Shown here in pieces: positions 27,881 to 37,448 of a stretch of DNA of 64,000 nt. The DNA comes from an uncultured Thermoleophilaceae bacterium (GTDB lineage Bacteria; Actinomycetota; Thermoleophilia; Solirubrobacterales; Thermoleophilaceae), in the NCBI GenBank assembly GCA_963755215.1, contig CAVWIW010000014.1:14347-78346 (forward strand). Reading direction: 5' to 3'. The notes beneath the pieces are model-generated. The model worked only from the letters and a program-made list of their open reading frames with translations, made no database searches and had not been told where the DNA came from. The position numbers and the translations under genes were made by a program. Every line of letters begins with the position of its first letter. Within the stretch, counting starts at the first letter, position 1.

Positions 27881-28349
27881 TCAGCTGGGCTCGACCACGA
27901 GCCGCGCGATCAGCGGCTCGCGGCCGGCGTCCTCGGCCGTGTGGCTCTCGACCTCGAACACGCCCTCGGTGTTGGCCTTGAAGCGGAACCGCGCGGGCTT
28001 GCCCGGGCGCCGTGTCGCGATAGAGGTCGTAGCCGTGCACGTGGATCTCGTCCTGGGCATCGGAGGCCACGACCATCCGCACGGTGCTCCCCTTGTCCAC
28101 CACGATCCGCTGCACGCCGCCCTCCGGTGCCCCGCCGCGGAGCACGATCTCCTCCGGGGGCGGAGGGGGCGCCGACTCGGCGGTGGCCGTCGGCGTGCTC
28201 TCGGTCTCGGTTGTCGTTTGCTCCTGCGCCTGCGTGGTGGCCGGGTCGTCGGCCTGCTCGCTCTCCTCGCCGGGGCTGATGACCACGAAGGCCACCACCG
28301 CCACCAGCGCGGCGGCCACGACAAGCCCCAGTCTCGTCCTGTTCGACAT
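27881..28349 (-). pseudogene. exported cupredoxin-like protein, one frame break
   Basis: Signal/TM MSNRTRLGLVVAAALVAVVAFVVI, then a low-complexity linker, then DEIHVHGYDLYRDTAPG. After a break at the CCCGGG run (about 28005) it continues as KPARFRFKANTEGVFEVESHTAEDAGREPLIARLVVEPS with stop at 27881. Confidence 0.6.
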
Positions 28350-28399
28350 GCGTTCCTCCTACTCGACGTGCGCGCGGCCCCGTGGCCGCGCGCTGGGCC

Positions 28400-28972
28400 T
28401 CAGCGGAGGGCGAGCGGGGGAGCGCGCCCGGCCAGGTGGAGCGCCAGCGCTCCAGCTCGGGGCCGGTGAGCGGAGGGCAGGGCGAGCCTGCGCGTCACTG
28501 CTCGCCCGGGGAGCACGCGCCGCGTCCGAAGGGCCGCGGACGCAACCGCGGCCCGGGCGCGCTCGAGCCCGAGGGCGGCCACCGCGCCGGCGGCCAGCGC
28601 CAGCGGGTACGCGACCCAGCCGCCGTTTCCTACGACGGCCGCCAGGCCGTCGGCCCGCCCGGGGGCCAGGATGCCCTCGAGGAGCTCTTGGGCCGTGAAG
28701 ATCGCGGCGATCGCGAGTGCGGCCAGCACCCATGCGGAGCAGAAGCCCAGGCGAGCCTCGGCGCCCCTGCCGGTGGCGCGCGCCCGGGCGATCATGACCA
28801 GCAGCTGCGCCGAGGCGCCGGCCAGCAGGAGCGCCACGGCCAGCCCCGCCAGGGGCAGGTAGGCATGGCCGCCGGGCTCACCGCCCGCGCCATGCTCGGC
28901 AATCAGGAAGCGGCCCTCGTGTACCGCCAGGGAGGCCGCCGCGATGGCCGCCGCAGTTCGGAGCTTCGACAC
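28400..28972 (-). CDS. hypothetical membrane protein
   Basis: GTG at 28972, 4-5 hydrophobic segments, no family recognised. Confidence 0.45.
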   Translation of the reverse strand: MSKLRTAAAIAAASLAVHEGRFLIAEHGAGGEPGGHAYLPLAGLAVALLLAGASAQLLVMIARARATGRGAEARLGFCSAWVLAALAIAAIFTAQELLEGILAPGRADGLAAVVGNGGWVAYPLALAAGAVAALGLERARAAVASAALRTRRVLPGRAVTRRLALPSAHRPRAGALALHLAGRAPPLALR

Positions 28973-29025
28973 GCCCCGGAGTATGGCAACGCGCCGCGGG
29001 TCAGATCCCGGAAGCGCCGCTGGTG

Positions 29026-29837
29026 CTAGGGCAGGCCCGCGCCCGACCGCTCGAGGGCGGCCTCGGCGGCGGTGTCTGCAACTTGCACGGGGGCGCCCTC
29101 GCCGCGTGTGACCCGTGGCTCGCGCAGCTCCGGGTCGAAGCGGTAGCCGACCCCGAAGTGAGTGTGGATGTATTGCCATCCGGGCGACGCGCCCTCGAGC
29201 TTCTGGCGGACCTTGCGGATGAAGACGTCGACCGAGCGGTCGCCGTGGGCCATCGCGTAGCCCCAGACCTGCTGGTAGATCTCCTCGCGCTGGAGGACCT
29301 TGCCCTCCGCGTGCGCCAGCAGCTGGAGCACCTCGAACTCGCGCCGCGTCAGGTCGACGCTGCGACCCCCGGAGAAGGCCTGGAACTGGTCCGCCCGGAT
29401 CTCGAGATCGCCCGCCGTGGACCGGGCCCTCATCGGCGCGCCCCGAGGCCTGCTTGCGGCGGCGCACGACCGCCTCCACGCGCGCGAGGACCTCCTCGGG
29501 GTGGCACGGCTTGCTGACCCAGTCATCCGCGCCCATCCGCAGCCCGCGCACGCGCTGCGCCACGGTCGAGCGCCCGGTGCAGACCACCACCCCGAGGCCC
29601 GGCATGGCGGCGGTGAGCCGTCTCGAGGAAATCCCAGGCGGCGGGGCCCAGCAGCGCCAGGTCCACGACCAGCGCGTTGACCCGCATGGCGACGAACTCC
29701 TCCACGCGCGGCGCGGCCTCCAGCCGGCGGTGCTGCCAGCCGAGGCTCTCCAGGCGGTTGACCAAGACACGCACGAAGCCCGAGTCGGAGTCGAGGACGG
29801 CGAGCCGGATCGGGCCGTGATCAGACGGGTTCACCAC
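29026..29837 (-). pseudogene. OmpR/PhoB-family response regulator, split over three frames; no kinase gene adjacent
   Basis: The receiver (IRLAVLDSDSG...ALVVDLALLGP | GLGVVVCTGRST...ADDWVSKP) and the winged helix (LTRREFEVLQLLA...DRSVDVFIRKVRQKL...IHTHFGVGYRFDP) lie in different frames. The junctions are near 29622 and 29418. Confidence 0.75.
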
Positions 29838-29874
29838 GCGGCAGGATACGCCACCCGCCCCCGGAAGTTGCCCG

Positions 29875-29918
29875 TTTACAGCTTTTTCACAGCCCGGTCA
29901 CGCGCACATAACGGGCTT
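29875..29918. promoter_or_regulatory. PHO-box-like array of four 11-nt direct repeat units
   Basis: TTTACAGCTTT TTCACAGCCCG GTCACGCGCAC ATAACGGGCTT, in the divergent intergenic region between the response regulator and the winged-helix gene. Confidence 0.45.
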
Positions 29919-29946
29919 TTCCGCTCTACGATGGCAGGTTGACGAC

Positions 29947-30264
29947 GTGGAAGCGGCGACGAACGGGCGCTTGCAGTCCGGCGAGGTCGAGATCCGGCCG
30001 GCCGAGTTTCTCGCGATGGCGGGCGGCCGCCCGCTGAAGCTGACGGCCCGCGAGCTGGAGCTGCTCACGGCCCTCGTCGAGCGCGAGGGGCGGATCGTCA
30101 GCCGCGAGGAGCTCTACCGCATGGTCTGGGGCGAGCACTACCGCAAGTCCGACCGCTCGGTCGACGTGTACGTCGGCAAGCTGCGCCAGAAGCTCGACGA
30201 CGCGCTCCCGGGCCGCCTGCTCATCCACACCCATTTCGGGTTCGGCTACCGCTTTCAGCCCTGA
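29947..30264 (+). CDS. stand-alone OmpR/PhoB-type winged-helix DNA-binding protein (no receiver domain)
   Basis: 105-aa ORF with a GTG start. [13 protein letters not shown]...[15 protein letters not shown]...[11 protein letters not shown] closely parallels the output domain of the adjacent regulator. Confidence 0.75.
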   Translation: MEAATNGRLQSGEVEIRPAEFLAMAGGRPLKLTARELELLTALVEREGRIVSREELYRMVWGEHYRKSDRSVDVYVGKLRQKLDDALPGRLLIHTHFGFGYRFQP

Positions 30265-30289
30265 GCGGAAGCGTTCGGCAGCGAACGGC

Positions 30290-30333
30290 TTTACATCCCT
30301 TTCACATCCCGGAGACAAGTCCGCAACAGACTC
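30290..30333. promoter_or_regulatory. PHO-box-like array of four 11-nt direct repeat units upstream of pstS
   Basis: TTTACATCCCT TTCACATCCCG GAGACAAGTCC GCAACAGACTC. ACA is conserved at positions 4-6 of each unit. The array ends 59 nt before the pstS ATG. Confidence 0.5.
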
Positions 30334-30391
30334 ACGGCGGTGCCCTGCGAGTCTCGGCCGCCGTCCCGATGAACCAACAAGGAGACATCGC

Positions 30392-31338
30392 ATGAGGAAG
30401 TGGCTTGCGCTTCTCGCCGGCGCGGTGCTGGCGCTCGGCGTCATCGCCTGTGGCGACGACGACGACGATTCAGGCTCTGGTGGAGGCGGAGGCGGCGACC
30501 TGTCTGGCTCCATCAAGATCGACGGCTCGAGCACGGTCGGCCCGTTCGCCCAGGCCGCCGCGGAGGCGTTCCAGGGCGAGAACCCGAACGTGAAGGTGTC
30601 GGTCGGCACCTCCGGCACCGGCGGTGGCTTCGAGAAGTTCTGCGCCGGGGAGACCGACATCTCGGACGCCTCGCGACCGATCAAGGACGACGAGGAGGTC
30701 CCCGTCTGCAAGAAGAACGGGGTGACCTACAAGGAGATCCAGATCGCCAACGACGGCATCGCCATCGTGACCAACACGGCGACCAAGATCGACTGCATGA
30801 CCACGGACGAGCTCAAGAAGCTGTGGAACCAGGGCTCGAAGGTCAAGAGCTACAACGAGGTCAATCCGCAAGTTCCCGGACGCCCAGGCCAGCGCTGTTC
30901 GGGCCCGGCACGGACTCCGGCACGTTCGACTTCTTCACCGACGAGATCAACGGTGAGGAGGGCGTCAGCCGCAAGGAGTACCAGCCCTCGGAGGACGACA
31001 ACGTGCTCGTGCAAGGCGTGGAGGGCGAGGAGGGCGGCCTCGGCTACTTCGGCTTCTCCTACTACGAGCAGAACAAGGACAAGCTGAACCTCGTGGGCGT
31101 CGACGGTGGCGACGGCTGCGTGAAGCCCAGCAGCGAGACGATCCAGGACGGCACCTACAAGCCGCTCGCACGTCCGCTGTTCATGTACCCCAGCGACAAG
31201 TCGCTCACGGACAAGCCGCAGGTGAAGGCGTTCATGGACTACGTCCTGGAGAACCAGGAGACGATCGCGGAGGCGGCACAGATCGTCCCGATGACCACCG
31301 AGCAGCTCGACAAGGGCAAGACCACGCTCGGGAGCTAG
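30392..31338 (+). pseudogene. pstS: phosphate ABC transporter substrate-binding protein, frame-disrupted
   Basis: Lipoprotein signal [20 protein letters not shown], then IDGSSTVGP and [12 protein letters not shown]. Family-like sequence runs NEVNP | KFPDAQA | ALFGPGTDSGTFDFF across three frames, with breaks near 30869 and 30891. Confidence 0.85.
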
Positions 31339-31348
31339 GACGACGCAC

Positions 31349-32284
31349 GTGGAAGCAGGTAGCACAGCGGCACGCGCCACCCCCGCCCTGGGGGTGGCGC
31401 GTCGTCGCGTCGGCGAGGACGTGATCAAGGGGCTGTTGCTGCTGGCGGCCCTGTTGTCGGTCCTCACCACCACCGGCATCGTGGTCTCGCTGCTGCGCGA
31501 GACCTTCGTCTTCTTCGAGGACGTGGGCGTCGCCGAGTTCCTGTTCGGCAAGGACTGGTCGCCCGTGATCAAGCCGCAGAGCTTCGGCGTGCTCCCGCTG
31601 GTGAGCGGCACGTTCCTGGTCACAGGAATCGCGCTGCTCGTGGCGGTGCCGCTGGGCCTGGGCTCGGCGATCTACCTCAGCGAGTACGCGAGCCCGCGCG
31701 TGCGCAAGACGCTCAAGCCGGTACTGGAGCTCACCGCGGGCGTGCCCACGATCGTGTTCGGCTACTTCGCTCTGACCTTCTTCACCCCCACGATCCTCAC
31801 CGACATCGCCAAGCTGGACGTGGGCGTGTTCAACGCGCTCTCGGCCGCGGTGATCATGGGCTTCATGGTGGTGCCGACCATCGCGTCGGTCTCCGAGGAC
31901 GCGATGTCGGCGGTGCCGGCGTCCCTGCGCGAGGGCTCCTACGGCCTCGGCGCCACCAAGCTGCAGACCTCCACGCGCGTGGTCTTCCCCGCGGCGCTGT
32001 CGGGCATCGTCGCGGCCATCGTGCTGGGCGCCTCGCGCGCGGTGGGCGAGACGATGATCGTGCTCGTGGCCGCCGGCCAGGTGGCCGCGCTGACCGCGGA
32101 CGCGAGAGAGCCGATGTACACGATGACCTCCTACATCGGCGCGGTCGCCAAGGGCGACATCGCCACGGGCAGCGTCCAGTACAAGACGGTGTTCGCCGTC
32201 GGGATGCTGCTGTTCCTGATCACCCTGGTCATGAACATGATCTCGATCAGGTTCGTGCGCAAGTACAGGCAGGTCTACGAATGA
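31349..32284 (+). CDS. pstC: phosphate ABC transporter permease PstC
   Basis: 311-aa polytopic ORF with an EAA-like loop (ASVSEDAMSAVPASLREGSYGLGATKLQT), immediately after pstS. Confidence 0.9.
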   Translation: MEAGSTAARATPALGVARRRVGEDVIKGLLLLAALLSVLTTTGIVVSLLRETFVFFEDVGVAEFLFGKDWSPVIKPQSFGVLPLVSGTFLVTGIALLVAVPLGLGSAIYLSEYASPRVRKTLKPVLELTAGVPTIVFGYFALTFFTPTILTDIAKLDVGVFNALSAAVIMGFMVVPTIASVSEDAMSAVPASLREGSYGLGATKLQTSTRVVFPAALSGIVAAIVLGASRAVGETMIVLVAAGQVAALTADAREPMYTMTSYIGAVAKGDIATGSVQYKTVFAVGMLLFLITLVMNMISIRFVRKYRQVYE

Positions 32285-33168
32285 GCTCCGTGTCGCGCGC
32301 GGTCGGCCAGGCCCCGCAGTCCACCAAGGTCAAGGGCACCGCCTTCCGGCTGGTGCTGCTGGCCTGCCTGGCCCTGTCGGTGATCCTGCTTGGCACGCTG
32401 CTGATGGACGTTGCCGTGGACGGCCTCGGCTCGGTCGACCTGGCCTTCATCACCGACTACCCCTCCTCGGTGGCCGCCAACGCCGGCGTCCGGGCGGCGC
32501 TTCTGGGCACCATCTGGCTGATGGGCGTGGTCACGGTGTTCATCGTGCCGGTGGGTGTGGCCACCGCCGTCTACCTCGAGGAGTACGCGGACCGGGAGCG
32601 CTGGTTCAACCGCGCCATCGAGGTGAACATCCAGAACCTGGCCGCGGTGCCGTCGATCGTCTACGGCATCCTCGGCCTGGCCTTCCTGGTGCGCGGCCCC
32701 TTCTCGCAGGGCAACGTGGTGCTGGCCGGCGGGCTGACCCTGGGGCTGCTGGTGCTGCCGGTCGTGATCATCGCCGGCCGCGAGGCCATCCGGGCCGTGC
32801 CTCCCTCCATCCGCGAGGGCTCGATGGCCCTGGGTGCCACCCAGTGGCAGACCATCTGGCGCCAGATCCTCCCGGCCGCGATCCCGGGCATCGCCACCGG
32901 CGTGATCCTGGCGCTCTCGCGGGCCATCGGGGAGACGGCGCCGCTGATCGTCGTCGGGGCAGCCACCTTCGTGGCCTTCGACCCCGATCTGTTCTCGCAG
33001 TTCACCGCGCTTCCGATCCAGATCTTCGACTGGATCTCGCGCCCGTCCAACGACGTCAATGACTTCGCATCGTTGGCGGCCGGCGGGATCATCGTGCTGA
33101 TGATCCTGCTGCTGTCCATGAACGCGGTGGCCATCTGGCTTCGCAATCGTTACGAGCAAAAGTGGTAG
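32281..33168 (+). CDS. pstA: phosphate ABC transporter permease PstA
   Basis: ATGA overlap with pstC. Loop IAGREAIRAVPPSIREGSMALGATQWQT. Confidence 0.9.
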   Translation: MSSVSRAVGQAPQSTKVKGTAFRLVLLACLALSVILLGTLLMDVAVDGLGSVDLAFITDYPSSVAANAGVRAALLGTIWLMGVVTVFIVPVGVATAVYLEEYADRERWFNRAIEVNIQNLAAVPSIVYGILGLAFLVRGPFSQGNVVLAGGLTLGLLVLPVVIIAGREAIRAVPPSIREGSMALGATQWQTIWRQILPAAIPGIATGVILALSRAIGETAPLIVVGAATFVAFDPDLFSQFTALPIQIFDWISRPSNDVNDFASLAAGGIIVLMILLLSMNAVAIWLRNRYEQKW

Positions 33169-33178
33169 GTGACCTAGA

Positions 33179-34099
33179 GTGGCTGAGCAGATGACCGAGC
33201 CCGAGCAGGAGCGAACCGAGGCCGGGGTCCCCGCGCGGGGCGCCACGCCGCAGGGCGAGCAGGGAGTGGACCTCAAGCGCACGGCCCTGGACGGCGCACG
33301 GCGGGAGCCGAAGGCAGACCGCGAGGCGATCTTCGGGATCCAGAGCGTTGACGTGGCCTACAGCGGCAATCCCGCGGTGCGCGACATCACGTTCGACATT
33401 CACATGAACGAGATCACGGCGCTGATCGGTCCCTCCGGATGCGGCAAGAGCACCCTGCTGCGCTGCCTCAACCGGATGAACGACCTGATCCCCGGCGCCA
33501 CGGTGAGCGGGCGCCTGGAGTACCACGGCCAGGACCTCTACGGCAGCGACGTGGACGCCGTGGAGGTGCGCAAGCGGATCGGCATGGTGTTCCAGAAGCC
33601 CAACCCGTTCCCCAAGTCGATCTACGAGAACATCGCCTTCGGCCCGCGGGTGCTGGGCATGAAGGGCGACATGGACGAGATCGTCGAGCGGGCGCTGCGG
33701 CGCGGCGCTCTCTGGGACGAGGTCAAGGACCGGCTCAAGACCAACGCCTTCGGCATGTCGGGCGGGCAGCAGCAGCGCCTGTGCATCGCCCGCGCGCTGG
33801 CAACCAACCCCGACGTGATCCTCATGGACGAGCCGTGCTCGGCGCTGGACCCGATCTCCACCGGCAAGATCGAGGACCTGATGCTGGAGCTGCGCGAGAA
33901 CTACTCGATCGTGATCGTGACCCACAACATGCAGCAGGCCGCGCGCGTCTCGGACATGACAGCGTTCTTCACGGTGGAGCTGGACGCCGACGAGAAGAAC
34001 CGCACCGGCCGAGTGGTGGAGTTCGACGACACCGAGAAGATCTTCACCAACCCCTCCGACCCGCGCACGGAGGCCTACGTGACCGGGAAGGTCGGCTGA
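33179..34099 (+). CDS. pstB: phosphate ABC transporter ATP-binding protein PstB
   Basis: Walker [10 protein letters not shown], signature [13 protein letters not shown], Walker B ILMDEP. Has an N-terminal extension; the start could be GTG 33179 or ATG 33191. Confidence 0.9.
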   Translation: MAEQMTEPEQERTEAGVPARGATPQGEQGVDLKRTALDGARREPKADREAIFGIQSVDVAYSGNPAVRDITFDIHMNEITALIGPSGCGKSTLLRCLNRMNDLIPGATVSGRLEYHGQDLYGSDVDAVEVRKRIGMVFQKPNPFPKSIYENIAFGPRVLGMKGDMDEIVERALRRGALWDEVKDRLKTNAFGMSGGQQQRLCIARALATNPDVILMDEPCSALDPISTGKIEDLMLELRENYSIVIVTHNMQQAARVSDMTAFFTVELDADEKNRTGRVVEFDDTEKIFTNPSDPRTEAYVTGKVG

Positions 34100-34100
34100 C

Positions 34101-34817
34101 GTGAGCGCGCGGGACAGCACCAACCGCCAGCACTTCCAAGAGGAGCTCGAGTCGCTGGAGAAGGCCGCGCTCGGCGGCCTGGACCTGGTTGCCGGCGCCC
34201 TGGACCGCGCGATCGAGACCGTGCAGCACCAGGACGTGGAGCTGGCGAGCATGGTCATCGCCGACGACGACCGCGTCGACGGGCGCTACATGGAGGTCCA
34301 CCAGGGGATCCTCTCGCTGCTGGCCCTCCAGGCGCCGGTGGCCGGTGACCTGCGCGTGGTGGCCGCGCTGCTGCACGTGATCAGCCACGTGGAGCGAATG
34401 GGCGACCAGTGCGTGAACATGGCCAAGCTGGTGCCGCTCGCCGGCCACGAGCCGCCCGCCGACGACGAGCTGCTGGGCAACCTGGCGCGCATGGGCGAGC
34501 TGGCGCGCTCGCTGGTGGTGCAGGCCAAGCAGGCGTTCGAGCGCCGCGACGTGGGCCTGGCCGAGGACCTGGTGCGCCAGGACGACGAGATCGACCGTTT
34601 GAACCGCGCCTCGTTTGCCCGCGCGCTGGAGATCGGCGACGATCCGGACACGCGCGAGTGGGCCATGCACATGATGCTCGTGGCCCGCTGCCTGGAGCGG
34701 ATCGGAGACAACGCCGTGGACATCGGCGAGCAAACGGCTTTCGTGGTCACCGGGCTCTTCCGCGAGTTCGAGGACGCCTCGCACCCAGAGCTCGCCCAGG
34801 GCCTGCGCGGAGGCTGA
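34101..34817 (+). CDS. phoU: phosphate signalling complex protein PhoU
   Basis: GTG at 34101, 2 nt after the pstB stop. Two PhoU repeats (ISHVERMGDQCVN and ARCLERIGDNAVD). Confidence 0.85.
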   Translation: MSARDSTNRQHFQEELESLEKAALGGLDLVAGALDRAIETVQHQDVELASMVIADDDRVDGRYMEVHQGILSLLALQAPVAGDLRVVAALLHVISHVERMGDQCVNMAKLVPLAGHEPPADDELLGNLARMGELARSLVVQAKQAFERRDVGLAEDLVRQDDEIDRLNRASFARALEIGDDPDTREWAMHMMLVARCLERIGDNAVDIGEQTAFVVTGLFREFEDASHPELAQGLRGG

Positions 34818-34819
34818 CG

Positions 34820-35440
34820 GTGGCGCTCTTCGCCAGCGCGCCCAACCACCGCACGTTCTTCTCCCTGCTCCAGGAGGCCGGCGCGAACATCGTCGAGGCC
34901 ACCGAGAAGCTCGACAGGCTCATGCGCGACTGGCCCGACGACTCGGGCCTGCGCGGGGAGATCAAGGCGCTGGAGCAGGCCGGCGACCGGCTGACCCACG
35001 ACATCCTGCACCAGCTCTATTCCACGGCGGTCACACCGCTGGACCGCGAGGACATCCACGCGCTGGCGGCGGCGCTGGACGACGTGGTCGACTACGCGGA
35101 GGAGACGGCCGACGTGCTCGGGCTCTACCAGATCGAGGCGCCCATGGAGCAGGCGGTCGAGCTCACGGGCGTGCTGCGCGACGCGGGGCGGGAGATCGCC
35201 GCGGCGCTGGCCAAGCTCGACTCGCTCGACTCGATCTGGCCCCACCTGGCCAGCGTCGATCGCCTGGAGGACGAGGGCGACCGCATCAGCCGCCAGGCCC
35301 TGGGTACGCTCTTCTCGGGCGGCATCGACCCCATGGTGGTGATCCGCTGGAAGGACGTGTTCGAGCGCCTGGAGCAGGCCATCGACGCGTGCGAGCGGGT
35401 GGCGCACGTGCTCGAGGGGATCGTTGTCAAGCAAGCTTGA
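34820..35440 (+). CDS. DUF47 (PhoU-related, YkaA-like) protein
   Basis: GTG at 34820, 3 nt after the phoU stop. Pattern FFSLLQEAGANIVEA...EQAGDRLTHDI...PLDREDIHALAAALDDVVD...EDEGDRI. Confidence 0.75.
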   Translation: MALFASAPNHRTFFSLLQEAGANIVEATEKLDRLMRDWPDDSGLRGEIKALEQAGDRLTHDILHQLYSTAVTPLDREDIHALAAALDDVVDYAEETADVLGLYQIEAPMEQAVELTGVLRDAGREIAAALAKLDSLDSIWPHLASVDRLEDEGDRISRQALGTLFSGGIDPMVVIRWKDVFERLEQAIDACERVAHVLEGIVVKQA

Positions 35441-36356
35441 GTCGCCTCCGCGGAAGTCTGCCAAGCTCACGCGGACTCCGTTGATCCTGGGCTGCATCGA
35501 CATCGGCAGCAACACGACGCGGCTGCTGGTGGCCGAGGCCGGAGGCGGGACGCTCCGCGAGCTCGTGACCCAGCGCGCGTTCACCCGCATCGGCCGTAGC
35601 CTTGGCAAGGGCGGGGCGATACCGCTGGAGAAAGTGGAGGAGACGGCGGAGGTCGTGAGCACACAGGCCAAGGTCGCGCGCGAGGTGGGCGCCCAGGAGC
35701 TGGCCGCCGTGGCCACCGCCGCCATCCGCAACGCCGCCAACCGCGACGAGCTGGTCGCGGCCGTGGAGGGCCGGCTGGGCGTGCCGCTGCGCGTGCTGTC
35801 CGGCCAGGAGGAGGCGCGGCTCTCCTTCGTTGGCGCCACCCGCACCCTGGCCCAGCCGGCCACCGGCACCATCGCGGTGGTGGATGTGGGCGGCGGGTCC
35901 ACCGAGATCGCCGTGGGCGCCCCGGACGGAGCGGTGGAGTGGTCGGAGTCCTTCCGCGTGGGCTCGGGCTTCCTGGCCGACAGCTACCTGCGCAGCGACC
36001 CCCCGGCGGTGGCCGAGCTGGAGACGCTTCGCAGGCACGTGGGCGGCGTGTTCGAGGGCCTGCGCCCGCCCCCGGCGGACGCCGCGGTGGCGGTGGGCGG
36101 CACCGCCACCTCCCTGCGCCGCCTCGTGGGCGCAGAGCTGGCCCACGAGACGCTCGAGCGGGGCGTGCGGGTCCTGTCGGCAACGCCGATCGCCGAGGTG
36201 GCCGAGCGGTTCGAGCTCGACCCCGAGCGCGTCCGGCTGCTGCCCGCCGGCATCCTGCTGCTGGAGGCCGTGTCGGACTGCCTCGGCCTGCCGCTGCGGA
36301 TCGCGCGCGGTGGGCTGCGCGAAGGAGTGATCCTCGAGATGGTGGACGCGGCCTAA
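35424..36356 (+). CDS. ppx: Ppx/GppA family exopolyphosphatase (N-terminal ASKHA domains only)
   Basis: GCIDIGSNTTRLLVAE, LSGQEEARLSFVGA and VVDVGGGSTEI motifs. The start may be TTG at 35481 rather than 35424. Confidence 0.8.
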   Translation: MSSKLESPPRKSAKLTRTPLILGCIDIGSNTTRLLVAEAGGGTLRELVTQRAFTRIGRSLGKGGAIPLEKVEETAEVVSTQAKVAREVGAQELAAVATAAIRNAANRDELVAAVEGRLGVPLRVLSGQEEARLSFVGATRTLAQPATGTIAVVDVGGGSTEIAVGAPDGAVEWSESFRVGSGFLADSYLRSDPPAVAELETLRRHVGGVFEGLRPPPADAAVAVGGTATSLRRLVGAELAHETLERGVRVLSATPIAEVAERFELDPERVRLLPAGILLLEAVSDCLGLPLRIARGGLREGVILEMVDAA

Positions 36357-36372
36357 AGTGGGCCACTAGACG

Positions 36373-36864
36373 ATGGCCAAGGCGCGCCCGATCCCCGGCC
36401 TTGGGCCAGACACCCGCTTCGGCGATGCTGCCGCCGCCGCGGTGGAGGTCCGCGCGCGCGAGGTGTTCGAGCACGCCGACGGGGTCCTCGACACCGGAGA
36501 CATCGAGCGCGTCCACGACATGCGGGTGGCCACCCGGAGGCTGCGCGCGGCGCTGGAGGTCTTCGCGGCCTGCTTCCCGAAGAAGGAGCACAAGGCGGCG
36601 CTCAAGCAGGTCAAGCACCTGGCGGACGCCCTGGGCGAGCGCCGCGACCCCGACGTGGCGATCGAATCGCTGGAGCACGTGGCAGGCGAGCTCGGGGGCG
36701 CCGAGCGACCCGGCATAGAGGACCTGGTGGCCGAGCTGCGCGCCGATCAGGAGGCAGGCAATCAGGCCGTAGCGCGGGCGCTGGAGGAGGCCGAGGCCGC
36801 GGAACTGGCCGAGCGGCTGGAGGCGCTGGCGAAGGCCGCCCGCCAGGAGGCGAGGCCGGCGTGA
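36373..36864 (+). CDS. CHAD domain protein (short)
   Basis: 163-aa ORF with the CHAD hallmark VHDMRVATRRLRAALEVF...LGERRDPDV. Confidence 0.7.
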   Translation: MAKARPIPGLGPDTRFGDAAAAAVEVRAREVFEHADGVLDTGDIERVHDMRVATRRLRAALEVFAACFPKKEHKAALKQVKHLADALGERRDPDVAIESLEHVAGELGGAERPGIEDLVAELRADQEAGNQAVARALEEAEAAELAERLEALAKAARQEARPA

Positions 36865-37448
36865 AGGCGCGCAAGGTCAAGCGGCTCAACCCCGGCGGCT
36901 CGCTGGCGGCCAACGCGCGGCGAATCGTGGCGGTACGCCTGGCCGAGCTGCGCTCGTTCGGTGCGAAGGCCGTGGACCCGGAGGAGGTCGAGGCCCTGCA
37001 CGACATGCGCATCGCGGCCAAGCGGCTGCGCTACGTGCTGGAGACCACACGCCCGGCGTTCGGCCGCCCGGCGGCGGATGGAGCGCGGGCGGCGCGCAGG
37101 CTGCAGGACCTGCTGGGCGAGATCCATGACTGCGACGTAATGCTGCCGCGTGTGCGCGAACACGAGCGCCGGCTGCGGTCCGAGGACGCCGAGGCGCTGG
37201 CGTTCTCTGCCGGGCGCCGCGCCCGGGACCTGGAGCCCTCGGCTGTTGCTCGCGCGCCCAACCTCGACCGCTACCGCGGGCTCGAGGCGCTCGCGACCTA
37301 CCTGACCGCCAGACGCGCCGTGCTGCACGCCGCCTTCGTGCGGGAATGGGAGCGACTGGAGGCGCGCGACTTCGCCGGCCGGCTCAAGGACGGACTGAGC
37401 GCGCAGCCGCGATCACCCGCAGCTCCGCCGGACGGAGCAGCACCTTGA
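36861..37448 (+). CDS. CHAD domain protein (short, second copy)
   Basis: GTGA overlap with the previous gene. LHDMRIAAKRLRYVLE...LLGEIHDCDVM. Confidence 0.7.
   Translation: MKARKVKRLNPGGSLAANARRIVAVRLAELRSFGAKAVDPEEVEALHDMRIAAKRLRYVLETTRPAFGRPAADGARAARRLQDLLGEIHDCDVMLPRVREHERRLRSEDAEALAFSAGRRARDLEPSAVARAPNLDRYRGLEALATYLTARRAVLHAAFVREWERLEARDFAGRLKDGLSAQPRSPAAPPDGAAP

Noticed and set aside
30860-30900. Programmed ribosomal frameshifting in pstS and the other split genes
   Set aside because: There is no slippery heptamer or downstream structure. The breaks are scattered over unrelated genes, and where I could pinpoint them they look like single-base indels. Sequencing error or decay is the simpler explanation.
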